Notes under the pieces: generated by a model
Databases searched by the model: none
The model's input: only the letters and a program-made list of their open reading frames with translations
Told to the model about the DNA's origin: nothing
Shown here: positions 1 through 9,669 of the stretch, piece by piece
Numbering within the stretch: position 1 is the first letter of the stretch
Layout: each line of letters begins with the position of its first letter
Source of the DNA: an uncultured delta proteobacterium
GTDB taxonomy: Bacteria; Myxococcota; Myxococcia; Myxococcales; Myxococcaceae
Length of the DNA: 64,000 nucleotides
Reading direction: 5' to 3'
NCBI GenBank assembly: GCA_963713045.1
Contig: CAVQKE010000004.1
Coordinates: 768,001-832,000 of the forward strand
Made by a program: the position numbers and the translations under genes

Positions 1-944
1 ATGAGATTCTTTATTGAAGTTCGTTCGATCCGGCTCTCTTTAGCAGTGGTGTTGGTACTAATCGATCCGCCTGCAGAAGCACAGACGACGGCAACCGACG
101 GACGGCCCGCCAACATTCCCGCCAATTACTTGGGCACGCCAAACGGATGGCGTCACCCCTCCTGCGTCCATCAGCTGAGGGAGGGTGAGAAGGTCGACGT
201 GAACGGCGACATTGCATTAATTTCCACTGGAGCAGTCGTCCAATACGTGAGCCCATGTGGATACCCCTGGTATGACGGAGCCGGGAACGAAGTTTCTGCC
301 GGCGGCCCACCAGCGTTTAACGATTGGCTCATCGACGCACAAGCTGACGCAGGAGCAGTGTTCTTCATCTCTGCGTACTGGACTGTTCCTAATAACCCCG
401 CGTCCGTCAACGGACAGATCCTGTATTTTTGGCCTGGTATTATGCCGGTCAACGCCGACAGCAACGAAATCGTCCAGCCGGTCCTCGGATGGAATCAAAT
501 CGGAACTGGCCCCGGTTGGACGATTAGTAGCTGGCGGTTTGCTTACACCGGAGGCTCCTACAACAGCCCACTAATTACGGTGAACCCAGGAGATCAGATC
601 TACGGTTATGCCGAGGGTCTTTATTGCAACCAAGAGACGGGAGTTTGTACGACTTGGGTAATCAGTACGTACGATATGAATATTTCTACTGGTACAGCGC
701 TGTGGTCAGACTCGATGGGCGATGCGCTATATTTCACGCTAGGAGGCGTGTACGAAGCCCATAACCTCAGCGCATGCAACCAAGGATCTACCTCAGACCA
801 GTTAGTCTTCTCGAACGTCTACGTGGCATACGTCGCCGGCGGGACAACTCCGTCCTGATGCAATATTACTGGAATCCGTCGCCCGCTTGTAACGTTTCTC
901 TTACTTCTACTGACTCATCAACCGTGACTATCAATTGGTGCTAG
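1..944 (+). CDS. Secreted protein, possibly glutamic-peptidase (G1/neprosin-like) fold; 1-bp frameshift near 857
   Basis: Signal peptide, TPNGWRHPSCVH, WTVP..P, IVQPVLGW. The ORF stops at 858, but restoring TG>TGG continues into WMQYYWNPSPACNVSLTSTDSSTVTINWC* ending at 944. Confidence 0.6.
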
Positions 945-1152
945 GGTGATGATCCCTGCAACGCTAATACGTGCGGTCAAATACTGAAAAACGATTGCGG
1001 CACGCCGATTACTTGCCCAGCATGCTGCAAGCCGCCCAACATCGAGTGCGGGTGCGGCCTTGGCTGCATTTCTGCCATCATTTGCCACAGAGAGTGTGGT
1101 TGATTACGTGGGACCTCGGGCTTTGTTGCCTTCCATCCAACTCTTGACGTCG

Positions 1153-1554
1153 ATGCAGATCGACCTCCGCCCAGTTTTGTTGGCCGGGTTAGCTCTAATG
1201 ATCCTCCCGGCATGCGGAACGACAAGTTGCCAAGAACTCGTCACTCAGTATGCAAATGAAGAGGAAAACGCTCAGGCGTGCGATCCCACGGTTCCCAATT
1301 CCTGTACGGTGCAGCTTCCTATACCCTTTGGTATTCCGGAGGGAGGAAACACGTTGTGGGAGGGTCTCGCTAGCGATTGCAACTCGGCGTTTAATCCGGC
1401 CCACTCGGCACACCTCCAAGCAATCTATTCACAGTTCCTGGCCCAGGGGTGCAAAGCCGAGGCGATTCCGGCCTGCGGGGCTGGTCCCGTTGGTCACTGT
1501 AATCCAGCTCCGGCAGGGTATCCCAGTCTGACCGGGTACATCTGTGAGGATTGA
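1153..1554 (+). CDS. Cys-rich lipoprotein, hypothetical
   Basis: MQIDLRPVLLAGLALMILPAC lipobox-like signal; many Cys. Confidence 0.65.
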   Translation: MQIDLRPVLLAGLALMILPACGTTSCQELVTQYANEEENAQACDPTVPNSCTVQLPIPFGIPEGGNTLWEGLASDCNSAFNPAHSAHLQAIYSQFLAQGCKAEAIPACGAGPVGHCNPAPAGYPSLTGYICED

Positions 1555-1644
1555 GGACAACGGACGTCAACTCGCAGTTTCGTTCGAGTCCGGATAATGG
1601 TTGACTCAACACCTCGCCCTGAGCCCATCGAGGGCGAGACATTC

Positions 1645-1763
1645 GCGCAGGAGGCGGCTCGGAAGCACGGCCTGACTGTTGCGGAGGTGAAGTAATGGAA
1701 GGAGCTATTCCTGGCTAGCGCCGAGAACGCTCTCCGCTCCCACCCGCGAGACGGAGGAGGCCG
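1645..1763 (+). pseudogene. 5' remnant of older IS3-family orfA (DUF1153-type)
   Basis: Translates QEAARKHGLTVAEVK*WKELFLASAENALRSHPRD, homologous to the intact orfA at 2603-2929; internal stop. Confidence 0.8.
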
Positions 1764-1781
1764 TGTAGTGACACCCTCAAA

Positions 1782-2606
1782 TCAAGCCACAAGTGAGACT
1801 TCTTTTCGGTACTCCCTGGGGCTCCTGTAGCCGAGCGCCTGGCGCGGTCGGCCTGTGTTGTACCAGTCGATCCACTGCGTCAGTTCGAAGCGGGCCTCGG
1901 CAAAGCTTCTAAAGTTGTGCTGCCACGCGCATTCCTCCTTCAAGCTCCGGAAGAAGCGCTCGACGAGGCCGTTCTGCTCGGGCGTGTACGGCGTAATAAA
2001 TTCTTGCTGCAGCCGGTAATCACGACATGCCCGGCGAAAGCGCCGGCTTTGGAAGACCAGCCCGTTGTCGCTCCGCAGCACTGGTGTTTGTCCTTCGGGA
2101 CGCAGCGTGCCGAAGCGACGTATGCAGGCTTCTTCGATGGCTCGCTCCGCCTCCTTGGCTCGCCCGCGAAGCGCAAACTCGTAGCCAATGACTTCTCGAT
2201 CGTGACAGTCGATGACAACGGCCAGGTGTGCCCAGCCGTCTCTTCCGCAGGGCACGTGCGTCATGTCGGTCGCCCACCGCTCGTTGCTCCGCTCGGCGAT
2301 GCTGATGCGCCCTTGTACCCTGGGACGGAGCGTCCAAATGCGCTGGTGCACAAACCACCGCTTCTGCTTCAGCACTCTGTAGACGGCCTTCGCGTTCACG
2401 TGGACGCCCTGCCGGAAGCGAAGCATGGCCCAGATGCGGCGGTAGCCAAACGTTGGGTACTGGTGGATGAGCTCCTTCACTCGAGCGACGAGCAGCTCGT
2501 CCAAAGGCCGTACCTGCTTCGCGCCTTCCCGGCGCCGTTGCGCCCGTGGGACACGGAGAATCCGACAAGCCTTTCGCTCGGAGAGGTCTGGCATTTCCTG
2601 CCTCAC
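1782..2606 (-). CDS. IS3-family transposase OrfB (rve integrase core)
   Basis: PTFGYRRI, WATDMT, LRSDNG, EQNGLVERFFRSLKEE (DDE), YNTGRP. Confidence 0.93.
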   Translation of the reverse strand: MRQEMPDLSERKACRILRVPRAQRRREGAKQVRPLDELLVARVKELIHQYPTFGYRRIWAMLRFRQGVHVNAKAVYRVLKQKRWFVHQRIWTLRPRVQGRISIAERSNERWATDMTHVPCGRDGWAHLAVVIDCHDREVIGYEFALRGRAKEAERAIEEACIRRFGTLRPEGQTPVLRSDNGLVFQSRRFRRACRDYRLQQEFITPYTPEQNGLVERFFRSLKEECAWQHNFRSFAEARFELTQWIDWYNTGRPRQALGYRSPREYRKEVSLVA

Positions 2607-2929
2607 TCGTCGGACTTCTTCGGCACAAAAGGGCGGTTCTTGGTCGCCTCCCGCAGAACGTCGTTCTCGAGCACTAGCTCGGCGACCTTATGCATGAGCC
2701 TTCGGACTCGCTCCTGGTCCAGCGCCTCGTCGTCGCGAGGCTTCGACCTGAGGGCATTCTCCGCGCCCAGGAGAAACTTCTCCTTCCACTCCTCGACCTC
2801 GGCCACGGTCAGCCCGTGCTTCCGCGCTGCCTCCTGGACCGACGTCTCTCCCTTCAAAATGCTGGCGACAAGTGCCACCCGGCGCTTTGCCGTCCAGCGC
2901 TGAAGGTCCTCCGGAATCTCGCCTTCCAT
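2603..2929 (-). CDS. IS3-family OrfA (DUF1153-type HTH)
   Basis: RWTAKRRVALV...SVQEAARKHGLTVAEVEEW plus coiled coil; stop overlaps the orfB GTG. Confidence 0.88.
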   Translation of the reverse strand: MEGEIPEDLQRWTAKRRVALVASILKGETSVQEAARKHGLTVAEVEEWKEKFLLGAENALRSKPRDDEALDQERVRRLMHKVAELVLENDVLREATKNRPFVPKKSDE

Positions 2930-3005
2930 CGCTTCACCACCTGTCCGCGGCATATTCCACCGCGTCTTATGGGTGGCTTCAATTCAGAGGGGTGCGGGAT
3001 AGCCG

Positions 3006-3287
3006 GCGGGAAGAGGCCATCAAGAAGCTGAAGCAGAAGGTGGGGGAACTCGTCCTCGAGAACGACGTCCTCAAAGAGACGGTGAAACCCTACTGCCCTT
3101 TCGGACGAGGGACGTCCGAAGAGTGAGAGAGGCCATGCCCGGCCTCTCCGAGTGGGCCACGTGCAAGCTTCTTCGCGTACCGCGCTCGTCGATGCGTCCC
3201 GAAACCCAGAAAGTCCACCGTACGCCCTCGTGGACGAGCGACTGGCAGAGCGGATTCGTCGTCTTATCGAGCTGCACCCGATCTCCG
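3006..3287 (+). pseudogene. 3' remnant of older IS3 orfA and truncated 5' orfB
   Basis: REEAIKKLKQKVGELVLENDVLKET...TSEE* then VREAMPGLSEWATCKLLRVPRS.. and LVDERLAERIRRLIELHP, paralleling the intact copy. Confidence 0.8.
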
Positions 3288-3350
3288 ACCGCAGCCAGGG
3301 CGCATTCCAGTATCGTCGCCCCTCCACGGAACTGAATCGTGCAGCTCAGC

Positions 3351-3605
3351 TCAGCGTTTTCCACTGGGCCCGACTTTGGCCGCGGCGAGAAACTGTTCGA
3401 GGGCAACGACTGTGAAGCGCAGTTGCCCCGCCACTCGAACAGCTCGGAGTTCGCCCGTCGCCACCAACTCTTGAACTGTAGCAGCTTCAACCGCAAGCGT
3501 AGTGGCAACCTGAGCAACCGTTAGCAGCTGCGGGACGACGTGTGCCGGATTTGTGCCACCACTTTGAGCGTACGTGGCCAAGTCTGTCCCACCCTGCCCC
3601 TCCAC
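3351..3605 (-). CDS. Excisionase-like HTH (HTH_17/MerR-type) DNA-binding protein
   Basis: LLTVAQVATTLAVEAATVQELVATGELRAVRVAGQLRF; start uncertain. Confidence 0.7.
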   Translation of the reverse strand: MEGQGGTDLATYAQSGGTNPAHVVPQLLTVAQVATTLAVEAATVQELVATGELRAVRVAGQLRFTVVALEQFLAAAKVGPSGKR

Positions 3606-3687
3606 AACTGCGCCGTGCCTGCCTTTTGCCCTCTGGTGGCTACTCGCGAGCGCCCCTGTCCACTCGAGTCCTCTTGCCTCGGCCCAA

Positions 3688-3731
3688 TTCCTAAACCGCA
3701 GGTCAGCAGTTCGAATCTGCTCGGGGTCACT
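3688..3731 (+). repeat. tRNA-Arg(CCT) 3' half, att-like copy 1
   Basis: TTCCTAA anticodon loop, ACCGC, AGGTC, T-arm AGCAG-TTCGAAT-CTGCT, CGGGGTCA; no 5' half upstream. Confidence 0.8.
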
Positions 3732-3872
3732 CTGGTGGGGCCACTGAGTACGGCCTGAGCCACGTCGAGGAAACCCCGAATGGGCGGGAGTCTCCTAGCG
3801 GCTGCGCGCCACACGAGAGGTGGCGCGCAGCTCTTTACAGTTCATCCAGGCGCAGTCTAGTGGCCGGTGCCG

Positions 3873-4490
3873 TTACCGCTTCGCTAGGGCCAGCTTATCT
3901 ATGCGGAGAGCCGCCGCGGCAATGGCTGGCCCAGACACCTCGATCTGCGCTCCTCGGGAAAGGCCCGAGACGTCGAGTTTCATGTCTGGAGGGGCGAGCG
4001 CCACCGTGCCATCGGCGAACACCAGGCCGGTGATGTGACCATCCGGCGCGGCCAGGAGAGCGTCGAGCGGACCACGCGCGGTCACTTGTTTGCCCGCGGA
4101 GTCCTCATGGGTGGGCTGCCGCGCCGGAGCATCATGCGCGCGCAGCAAGAGCTTTCCTCCACGGGTGAGGCGAGCACGGTAATACACCACATTCAGTGCT
4201 GTTTCGACCGCGTCACCCTCGACCTGTACGCGCTGACCGGGGGTAAACCCGAACTGCGACGCATCCGAGGACAACATCACCACCGACCCCTCGGCCAGCA
4301 GCAGGGCGAACGGCTCTCCCCGACTGTTGATCAGGACCTTGTCGATGTCGGCTGACCGCTGCATTCGGAAATGCACCTCCCCGGACAAAGCGGCGGAAGG
4401 TGGCTCAGCGAGAGCCAAGTTGGAGAAGAAGCACGACGACGCAACAGCAAGCCACCTCAGTCGTGCGATGTGGGGAGCGAGTGCAATCAT
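3873..4490 (-). CDS. Secreted hypothetical protein (repeated OB-fold-like beta domains)
   Basis: Signal peptide (..LALAEP); twice-repeated G....G..V.V.G pattern. Confidence 0.55.
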   Translation of the reverse strand: MIALAPHIARLRWLAVASSCFFSNLALAEPPSAALSGEVHFRMQRSADIDKVLINSRGEPFALLLAEGSVVMLSSDASQFGFTPGQRVQVEGDAVETALNVVYYRARLTRGGKLLLRAHDAPARQPTHEDSAGKQVTARGPLDALLAAPDGHITGLVFADGTVALAPPDMKLDVSGLSRGAQIEVSGPAIAAAALRIDKLALAKR

Positions 4491-4905
4491 TAGGTATTCC
4501 CTGTTGTGGACCGAGCGGGAAGTCGCTCTGGTCTGCCAGGCTGTAGAACCCAGTCGCTGGTGGGTACGGGCAACCCGCCGACTGTGACGGAGGCTCGGTG
4601 CTACGCTCGGAGCATGTCCGGCGACGAGTCAATCCTTTCACTGCTCGAGGCCGGAGATGCCCGGGAGGCAGCGACAGCGCTCCTTTGACTCGCCCTGCTG
4701 TGGCCGCGAGCGCAGCCCATTCCGCCGCGGGCAACGCGGGAACGAACGCTATCTCCGCGCGCAACAAACACGCAGGAAGACCGGCGCCTGACTCGTAGTC
4801 CCAGGGCCCATTTCTGCCACTGGGGACAGCGTTGGGACGGCTTTCAGGCTCAAGAACCCATCGAGTGGCGAGGTAGGTCAGGGGGATTGCGCGGCGGGCA
4901 GTTTC

Positions 4906-4966
4906 TTCCTAAACGGCAGGTCGCGCGTTCGAATCGCGCCGGAGTCACTTCCTCCAAGGTTTTGGA
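4906..4966 (+). repeat. tRNA-Arg(CCT) 3' half, att-like copy 2, plus trailer
   Basis: TTCCTAAACGGCAGGTCGCGCGTTCGAATCGCGCCGGAGTCACT followed by TCCTCCAAGGTTTTGGA; no matching 5' acceptor strand. Confidence 0.82.
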
Positions 4967-5181
4967 TTTGTGCCGCTTCTGCTTCGCACTCGTCTTGAAA
5001 TCTTGGCGGTTTGTGACCTGTCCGGTAAGAGCCGGGAAAGAAACGGCTGTAAGTTGAGCGGGGACACCGCCGCAGCGTCTCGAAATTCTTTGCAACATTT
5101 AGACCGCTCGGTGACCTTTTGCACAGGCCTGACGTGCCCGTCGTTTACCGGCACTCCCCGACCACCACGCCGGGTGGCGCG

Positions 5182-6078
5182 CTATTTTGACTGCTGCGCG
5201 TGCGGCTCACCCTTCTTTTCTTCGGACCCCTTCGCGGGGGGCGGAGCCTTGCTCTCATGCGGCTGCGGCGCTGCCGCGACCGTCGGAGACGGATGGGCCG
5301 GCGGAGCAGCTTGCTGGTGAACAGGAGGAGTCGCCTTCTGGGCCGCTGGCGCGGAAGGGCGAGCCTCGGCGCCTTGCGTCGAAGAAGGTTTTTGCGGATG
5401 CTGCGACGCAGCCGGAGGCGGATTCACGGCGGCGTGCTGCGGAGCAGGCGCTTGTGCGTGCTGAGGCGCAGGCTGCTGTCGAGCCGCAGCTTCCGAATTT
5501 GCGGTTTTGGGCGCCTGCCGATACTGCTGTTGCGCGACCGCCTCGCGCGGCTCGTAGTGGTAGTTCTCCGTCCGGATCGCATGCTGCTGCTCCGAAGCGC
5601 GCGGATAGCTGGCACCTACATACTGGCGTTGATAGACGGGCAGGGGCGCAGGTGGCGGAACGGCCTGTCGGTCCCAGCGGTCCCATCCAGCGTGTTTCGC
5701 TTCCCAGCCCTGGCCCCAGTGCTCGCCCCAGCGCGGCGGCGCGTCGCCCTGCCAGCCGCGGAAGTACGCTGGCGGCGCGCGGTAGTAGCTCACCGGAACG
5801 CGGAGCACGAACAGCGGCACCGACTCGGGGCCAAACGACTGCCAGGGGCCGTTGTACCAACTGCTCGCGTACCAGGTGTCTCCAGCGTAGACCCAGTAGA
5901 GACCGTCGTAGAAGAAGTAGTTCGAGTTCAGCTGCGGGTCGTAATAGACGGGATAGCCCGGCACCTGGACCAACGTCGGATAGGTGTCGACGTTGATGGA
6001 AATACTTACCTGAGCCTGGGCCGCGGCCGGGGAAAGGGAAAGTAGCGATACAGAGATGGACAGCAGTAAATGGCGCAT
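5182..6078 (-). CDS. Secreted Tyr/Trp-rich protein with Pro/Gln/Ala-rich tail
   Basis: Signal peptide MRHLLLS..AQA; PGYPVYY..NYFFYDGLYW..WY.SSWYNGPW. Confidence 0.75.
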   Translation of the reverse strand: MRHLLLSISVSLLSLSPAAAQAQVSISINVDTYPTLVQVPGYPVYYDPQLNSNYFFYDGLYWVYAGDTWYASSWYNGPWQSFGPESVPLFVLRVPVSYYRAPPAYFRGWQGDAPPRWGEHWGQGWEAKHAGWDRWDRQAVPPPAPLPVYQRQYVGASYPRASEQQHAIRTENYHYEPREAVAQQQYRQAPKTANSEAAARQQPAPQHAQAPAPQHAAVNPPPAASQHPQKPSSTQGAEARPSAPAAQKATPPVHQQAAPPAHPSPTVAAAPQPHESKAPPPAKGSEEKKGEPHAQQSK

Positions 6079-6244
6079 CGGGTACTCCCTCGCTTTAGGA
6101 GGCGGTAAACAAACACAACAAGACTTACGGAAACTCCACGCGTTAAGGTGTTCGCAAGATCCGGAAGCTGTGGGCCCGGATATCTCTCGCATCATCGAAA
6201 TACGGCCGCAGTGCGGAGGCCCAGTTTGCCGATGCTTCGTTACG

Positions 6245-6754
6245 CTAGGACCCCTGGCTGAGAGTTGCCGCCGTGTCGCGCTGGCTTTCTAGTGTCGGCC
6301 GCAGCGTCTCCAAGAGGGCGCGCACTGCATCGTTGCTGATCCGTGCCTCCCCGAGTTTCAGCATCGTAAGGGTCTTGGTGTGATCGTCCAGCGTCATCAA
6401 GACGAAGGCGCGGTCGAAGGCGTCACCGGTGAGACTCGCCAAACTCCGGAGATGATCGCCGTCAACATCTGGAGTAACGCTGACATTTCTTTTCGCTGCA
6501 AGCGCGAGAATCTGGGTATCACCGACGCGCAGCTCTTTCACAACATCCGATCCGAACTGCCGAACAGCCACTGAAGTGCCTCGTGCCATCGCCAATTGGC
6601 CAGCTGAAATTTCCATCGAGTACGCGTTATGAAGGTTGAGGAGAAGCTGCCCCTCAAAAGTCAGGTCGTCCGCGCCGTTAGCAGGTTCAGCCTGAACACA
6701 GAATGAGGTCGACCAAATTAAAAGAGAGAAAAGGCAAAAAATCTGAGTGCGCAT
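6245..6754 (-). CDS. DUF4142 family secreted protein
   Basis: Signal peptide; MEISAGQLA..RG....VRQFG, L.SLTGDAFDRAFV..TLDDH. Confidence 0.8.
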   Translation of the reverse strand: MRTQIFCLFSLLIWSTSFCVQAEPANGADDLTFEGQLLLNLHNAYSMEISAGQLAMARGTSVAVRQFGSDVVKELRVGDTQILALAAKRNVSVTPDVDGDHLRSLASLTGDAFDRAFVLMTLDDHTKTLTMLKLGEARISNDAVRALLETLRPTLESQRDTAATLSQGS

Positions 6755-6851
6755 GAGTGTCTCCGCCAGGCTTCAAAGATGAGGGAAGCCAAGTCTCCCC
6801 TTGAACGGAACCAAGCTGACCCCAGGTCGCGTTGTGCTTTCCGAACCCAGC

Positions 6852-7061
6852 TTACTTGATAATGACCTCAACCTTTTCTCCGCCAGTGGGGCATACCCAA
6901 TGACCGGAATGCCAGTTCCCATGATCGCCGTAGTGGCCTTCCTCCCAGACTCCGCCGTGGCACGGTGATGCGGGACGCGTCGCATAGTGGTCGTGGGCCG
7001 CGCATCCTGAGGCAGCGAGCAACACCCCGGCAATCGCTGCTCGAAAATAGGTTCGCAACAT
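6852..7061 (-). CDS. Small lipoprotein with YXWGXW-like repeat
   Basis: Lipobox ASGC; VWEEGHYGDHGNWHSGHW; GAGGAGG RBS. Confidence 0.65.
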   Translation of the reverse strand: MLRTYFRAAIAGVLLAASGCAAHDHYATRPASPCHGGVWEEGHYGDHGNWHSGHWVCPTGGEKVEVIIK

Positions 7062-7348
7062 GGTGCTCCTCCTCAGGGTGGGAGCTCAGAAGGTAGGGCC
7101 TCAAATGCTGGGCGCAAGGGCCTCATTGATGCTCAAGAGCTCGTGAGTGATTCAGAAAAAAGGCCTTCTTGAGGATTCAAGCTGCCAATCAGCCGCCGTT
7201 ACACGAGCAAGCCGGCCAAAATTCCTCTGCTACATAAATACTCAAACGCAACTAGGTACTCCTGACTAAGCGATTCGTCAGGGGTCGACAACGTTAGTGC
7301 TACGTCCGCCGTCGGTATCCGATCGATCGCGGACGCGTCCGGCTGCCC

Positions 7349-8803
7349 CTAGAGAGCCCGTGGGGCCCAGTGGTGCGGTAGCAGCTCGTCGATTTGGCTC
7401 CGGGGCGTGGTTTGCACCCGGAGTAGGACGTCCGCGAGGTAGGCCTCAGGGTTGACGTGGTTGGCCTCGCACGTGGCGATGAGCGAGTACAGGCCCGCGA
7501 CGTTGGCGCCGGCCTCATCGTTGCCGACAAAGAGGTAATTCTTTCTACCGAGAGCCGCCGTCCGCAGTGCGCTCTCGCTGGCGTTGTTGTCGAGTGGGAG
7601 TGAGGCGTCCTCGAGGAAGCGTCCGAGCGCTTCCCATTGGCCGCGGATGTACCGGATGGCCTCACCGAGCGGGGACTTCGGAGGGTGCAGAGTCGAGTGT
7701 TGTTGTAGCCAGTCCCGGATTTGCTCGAGGAGTGGTGCACTGACGGCACGGCGCCGCTTGAGGTGCTCAGCGGTGCCGAGCAGCTTCGCATCCCCCACCT
7801 CGTGCTCGACGCGGTAGAGCGCGAGGATGAGGTCCAGCATGCCCTGGGCCTCAGGAGCTGTTGGGAGGGCGTCAAAAAAGCGTCTTCGGGCGTGGGCCCA
7901 GCATCCGACGCGGACGCGGCCGTTGGGGACGACGACGACGTTGTAGCCCGTGTACCCATCGACGAGGAGGTAGCCGCAGGTGCCTTCAAGGACCTCGGCC
8001 GGAGTGTCCCCGCTGCGGGTGGGGCTGAAGCGGTACGCGATGAGGTTGGTTGTACGAAACGTCCAGAGGTAGCCCCGGCGTGTCTTCCCCTCAGCCTGCA
8101 CGCGCATGGGCGTCTCGTCAGCAAGGACGAGGTGACTCTCTCGGACGAGTTGGAGAATTCGCTCGACGAGGGGCTGCAGCACCTCGGCCGAGGTGTGAAA
8201 GAGGTCGCCCATGGTGGTGCGTGCCACGGGGATACCGACACGGTGGAGCGCCTTCGCTTGGCGGTACAGCGGGATGCTGTCCGCGCACTTCGCCGTGACG
8301 AGGTGGGCGAGGAAGCCGGGGCCGTACTGGCACTTGTCCACCACTCTCGCCGGCGCGTCCGCCACCACCACGCCCTCGCCGCACCGGCAGGCCAGCGTCT
8401 CCTGCACGTGCACCTGCTTCTCGAAGCGGGCCGGGATGTACTCGTAGATGACGGTGCGCTTGCCCTCGCCGAGCTGGCGCAGCTCTGTGCTGCCGCACTT
8501 CGGGCACAGCCGCCGCTCTGGCGGTACCGAGTGGTGCACTTCGCGCTCTGGGAGTTCGGCCTTCTCGGCGCGAGCTGCCCGGCGACGCGCCTGGGTGGCC
8601 TCAGGGTCTACCGGCCGCTCGGAGCGGAGCTCCTCGGCGACCGGCGGCATCTTCTCGCTTCTCTTACCGAAGACGTGCCGCTGGAGCGCCTCGAGCTGGC
8701 CACGGAGCGTTTCCTGTTCTTCGCGGACGCGGGCGAGCTCTCCCCCGAGGCGCTCGGCCTCGTCCCGCCACGCACAGTCGTGGTCTTCGGAGCCTGGTAC
8801 CAC
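7349..8803 (-). CDS. tnpC: IS66 transposase TnpC
   Basis: FGKRSEK, CPKCG zinc finger, ADETP, LVDGY.GY, GCWAHARRRF, LDNNASE. Confidence 0.93.
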   Translation of the reverse strand: MVPGSEDHDCAWRDEAERLGGELARVREEQETLRGQLEALQRHVFGKRSEKMPPVAEELRSERPVDPEATQARRRAARAEKAELPEREVHHSVPPERRLCPKCGSTELRQLGEGKRTVIYEYIPARFEKQVHVQETLACRCGEGVVVADAPARVVDKCQYGPGFLAHLVTAKCADSIPLYRQAKALHRVGIPVARTTMGDLFHTSAEVLQPLVERILQLVRESHLVLADETPMRVQAEGKTRRGYLWTFRTTNLIAYRFSPTRSGDTPAEVLEGTCGYLLVDGYTGYNVVVVPNGRVRVGCWAHARRRFFDALPTAPEAQGMLDLILALYRVEHEVGDAKLLGTAEHLKRRRAVSAPLLEQIRDWLQQHSTLHPPKSPLGEAIRYIRGQWEALGRFLEDASLPLDNNASESALRTAALGRKNYLFVGNDEAGANVAGLYSLIATCEANHVNPEAYLADVLLRVQTTPRSQIDELLPHHWAPRAL

Positions 8804-8816
8804 CGCCCAGTAGAGA

Positions 8817-9195
8817 TCACACTTTCCGCCGTTTGGGGAGGCGGGTGCGGGGGGACCCACTGTTTAGGCCGGCGGACGCGGGACAGGTCGATGCCGTCGA
8901 GGAGCATGGCGAGCTGGCTACTTTGGAGCCGCGCACCCAGAGCGTCCTCGCGAAACTCCGGCAGCCGGAAGCGTCCCTGCTCGAGCCGCTTGTAATAGAG
9001 GACGAAGCCGCCGTTGTCCCAAGTGAGCACCTTCGCCTTGTCACCGCGCCGGCTAACGAAGACGAAGAGGTCGCCGGCGTAGAGGTCTTCCTTCCACTGG
9101 TTGCGGATGACGGCGGCCAGTCCATCGATGGAATTGCGCATGTCCACCCGTTGAGCAGCGAGCAGGATGCGGACAGCGCGTGGAATGAGAAGCAC
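8817..9195 (-). CDS. tnpB: IS66 accessory protein TnpB (3' end uncertain)
   Basis: VDMRNSIDGL, LFVFVSRRGDKAKVLTWD..GFVLYYKRLEQGRF. As read, the frame runs on to 8608; one base fewer in the G6 run near 8850 gives a stop at 8817. Confidence 0.85.
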
Positions 9196-9208
9196 GTCGG
9201 GGCCGGGG

Positions 9209-9535
9209 CTACCGCAGCGCGCGCACCAGCAGCGCCACGTACTTCGGGTCGGTGCCGGCGCCGACGCGGATGGTGAGGCCATCCTCGAGGGCGACTTCCA
9301 CCGTCCCACCGAGCCGCGCCTTCGGCGCGGGCGAGGCTACCACCTGCACTGGCACAAAGGCGGCCGTCGAGTTGGAGTCCAAGACAGACTTGGTCTTCTT
9401 TTGTTTGTAGAGCCAAAATTGGAGCGAGCTGAGCGCGACGTCGTGCTTGGCGACAAACTCCTTCTGCGTCAGGCCGCTCTGTTTGTACTCCGCCAACAGC
9501 GTCTCCCACTCCGCGGGACCAGGTCGTCGGGGCAT
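9209..9535 (-). CDS. tnpA: IS66 accessory protein TnpA
   Basis: W..LLAEYKQSGLTQKEF..KH.V..SSLQFW and FVPVQV motifs. Confidence 0.85.
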   Translation of the reverse strand: MPRRPGPAEWETLLAEYKQSGLTQKEFVAKHDVALSSLQFWLYKQKKTKSVLDSNSTAAFVPVQVVASPAPKARLGGTVEVALEDGLTIRVGAGTDPKYVALLVRALR

Positions 9536-9669
9536 AACTACGACTCTGCCCGTCAGCCGCTACCACTCAAGGCGTCCGTTGTCGGGCGGTTACGTCCGCC
9601 GTCGGTACTGCCTCTGGCGAGCCTGGAAGACCCACCGGCATTCCCAGCGAGCTTGAACCCAGGGTGGCT

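Larger units (their letters stand above)
1764..3001 (-). mobile_element. IS3-family insertion sequence, 1238 bp, 4-bp target duplication GCCG
   Basis: Imperfect terminal IRs (TGTAGTGACACCCTCAAATCAAGCCAC / TATCCCGCACCCCTCTGAATTGAAGCCAC); GCCG at 1760-1763 and 3002-3005; orfA plus orfB. Confidence 0.88.
7315..9593 (-). mobile_element. IS66-family insertion sequence, 11-bp direct repeat GTCCGCCGTCG
   Basis: IRs GTAACCGCCCGACAACGGACGC / GTATCCGATCGATCGCGGACGC; DR at 7304-7314 and 9594-9604; tnpA-tnpB-tnpC. Confidence 0.9.

Noticed and set aside
4870..4950. Intact tRNA-Arg gene
   Set aside because: No 5' acceptor strand complementary to CGGAGTC and no D-arm upstream; only the 3' half is present
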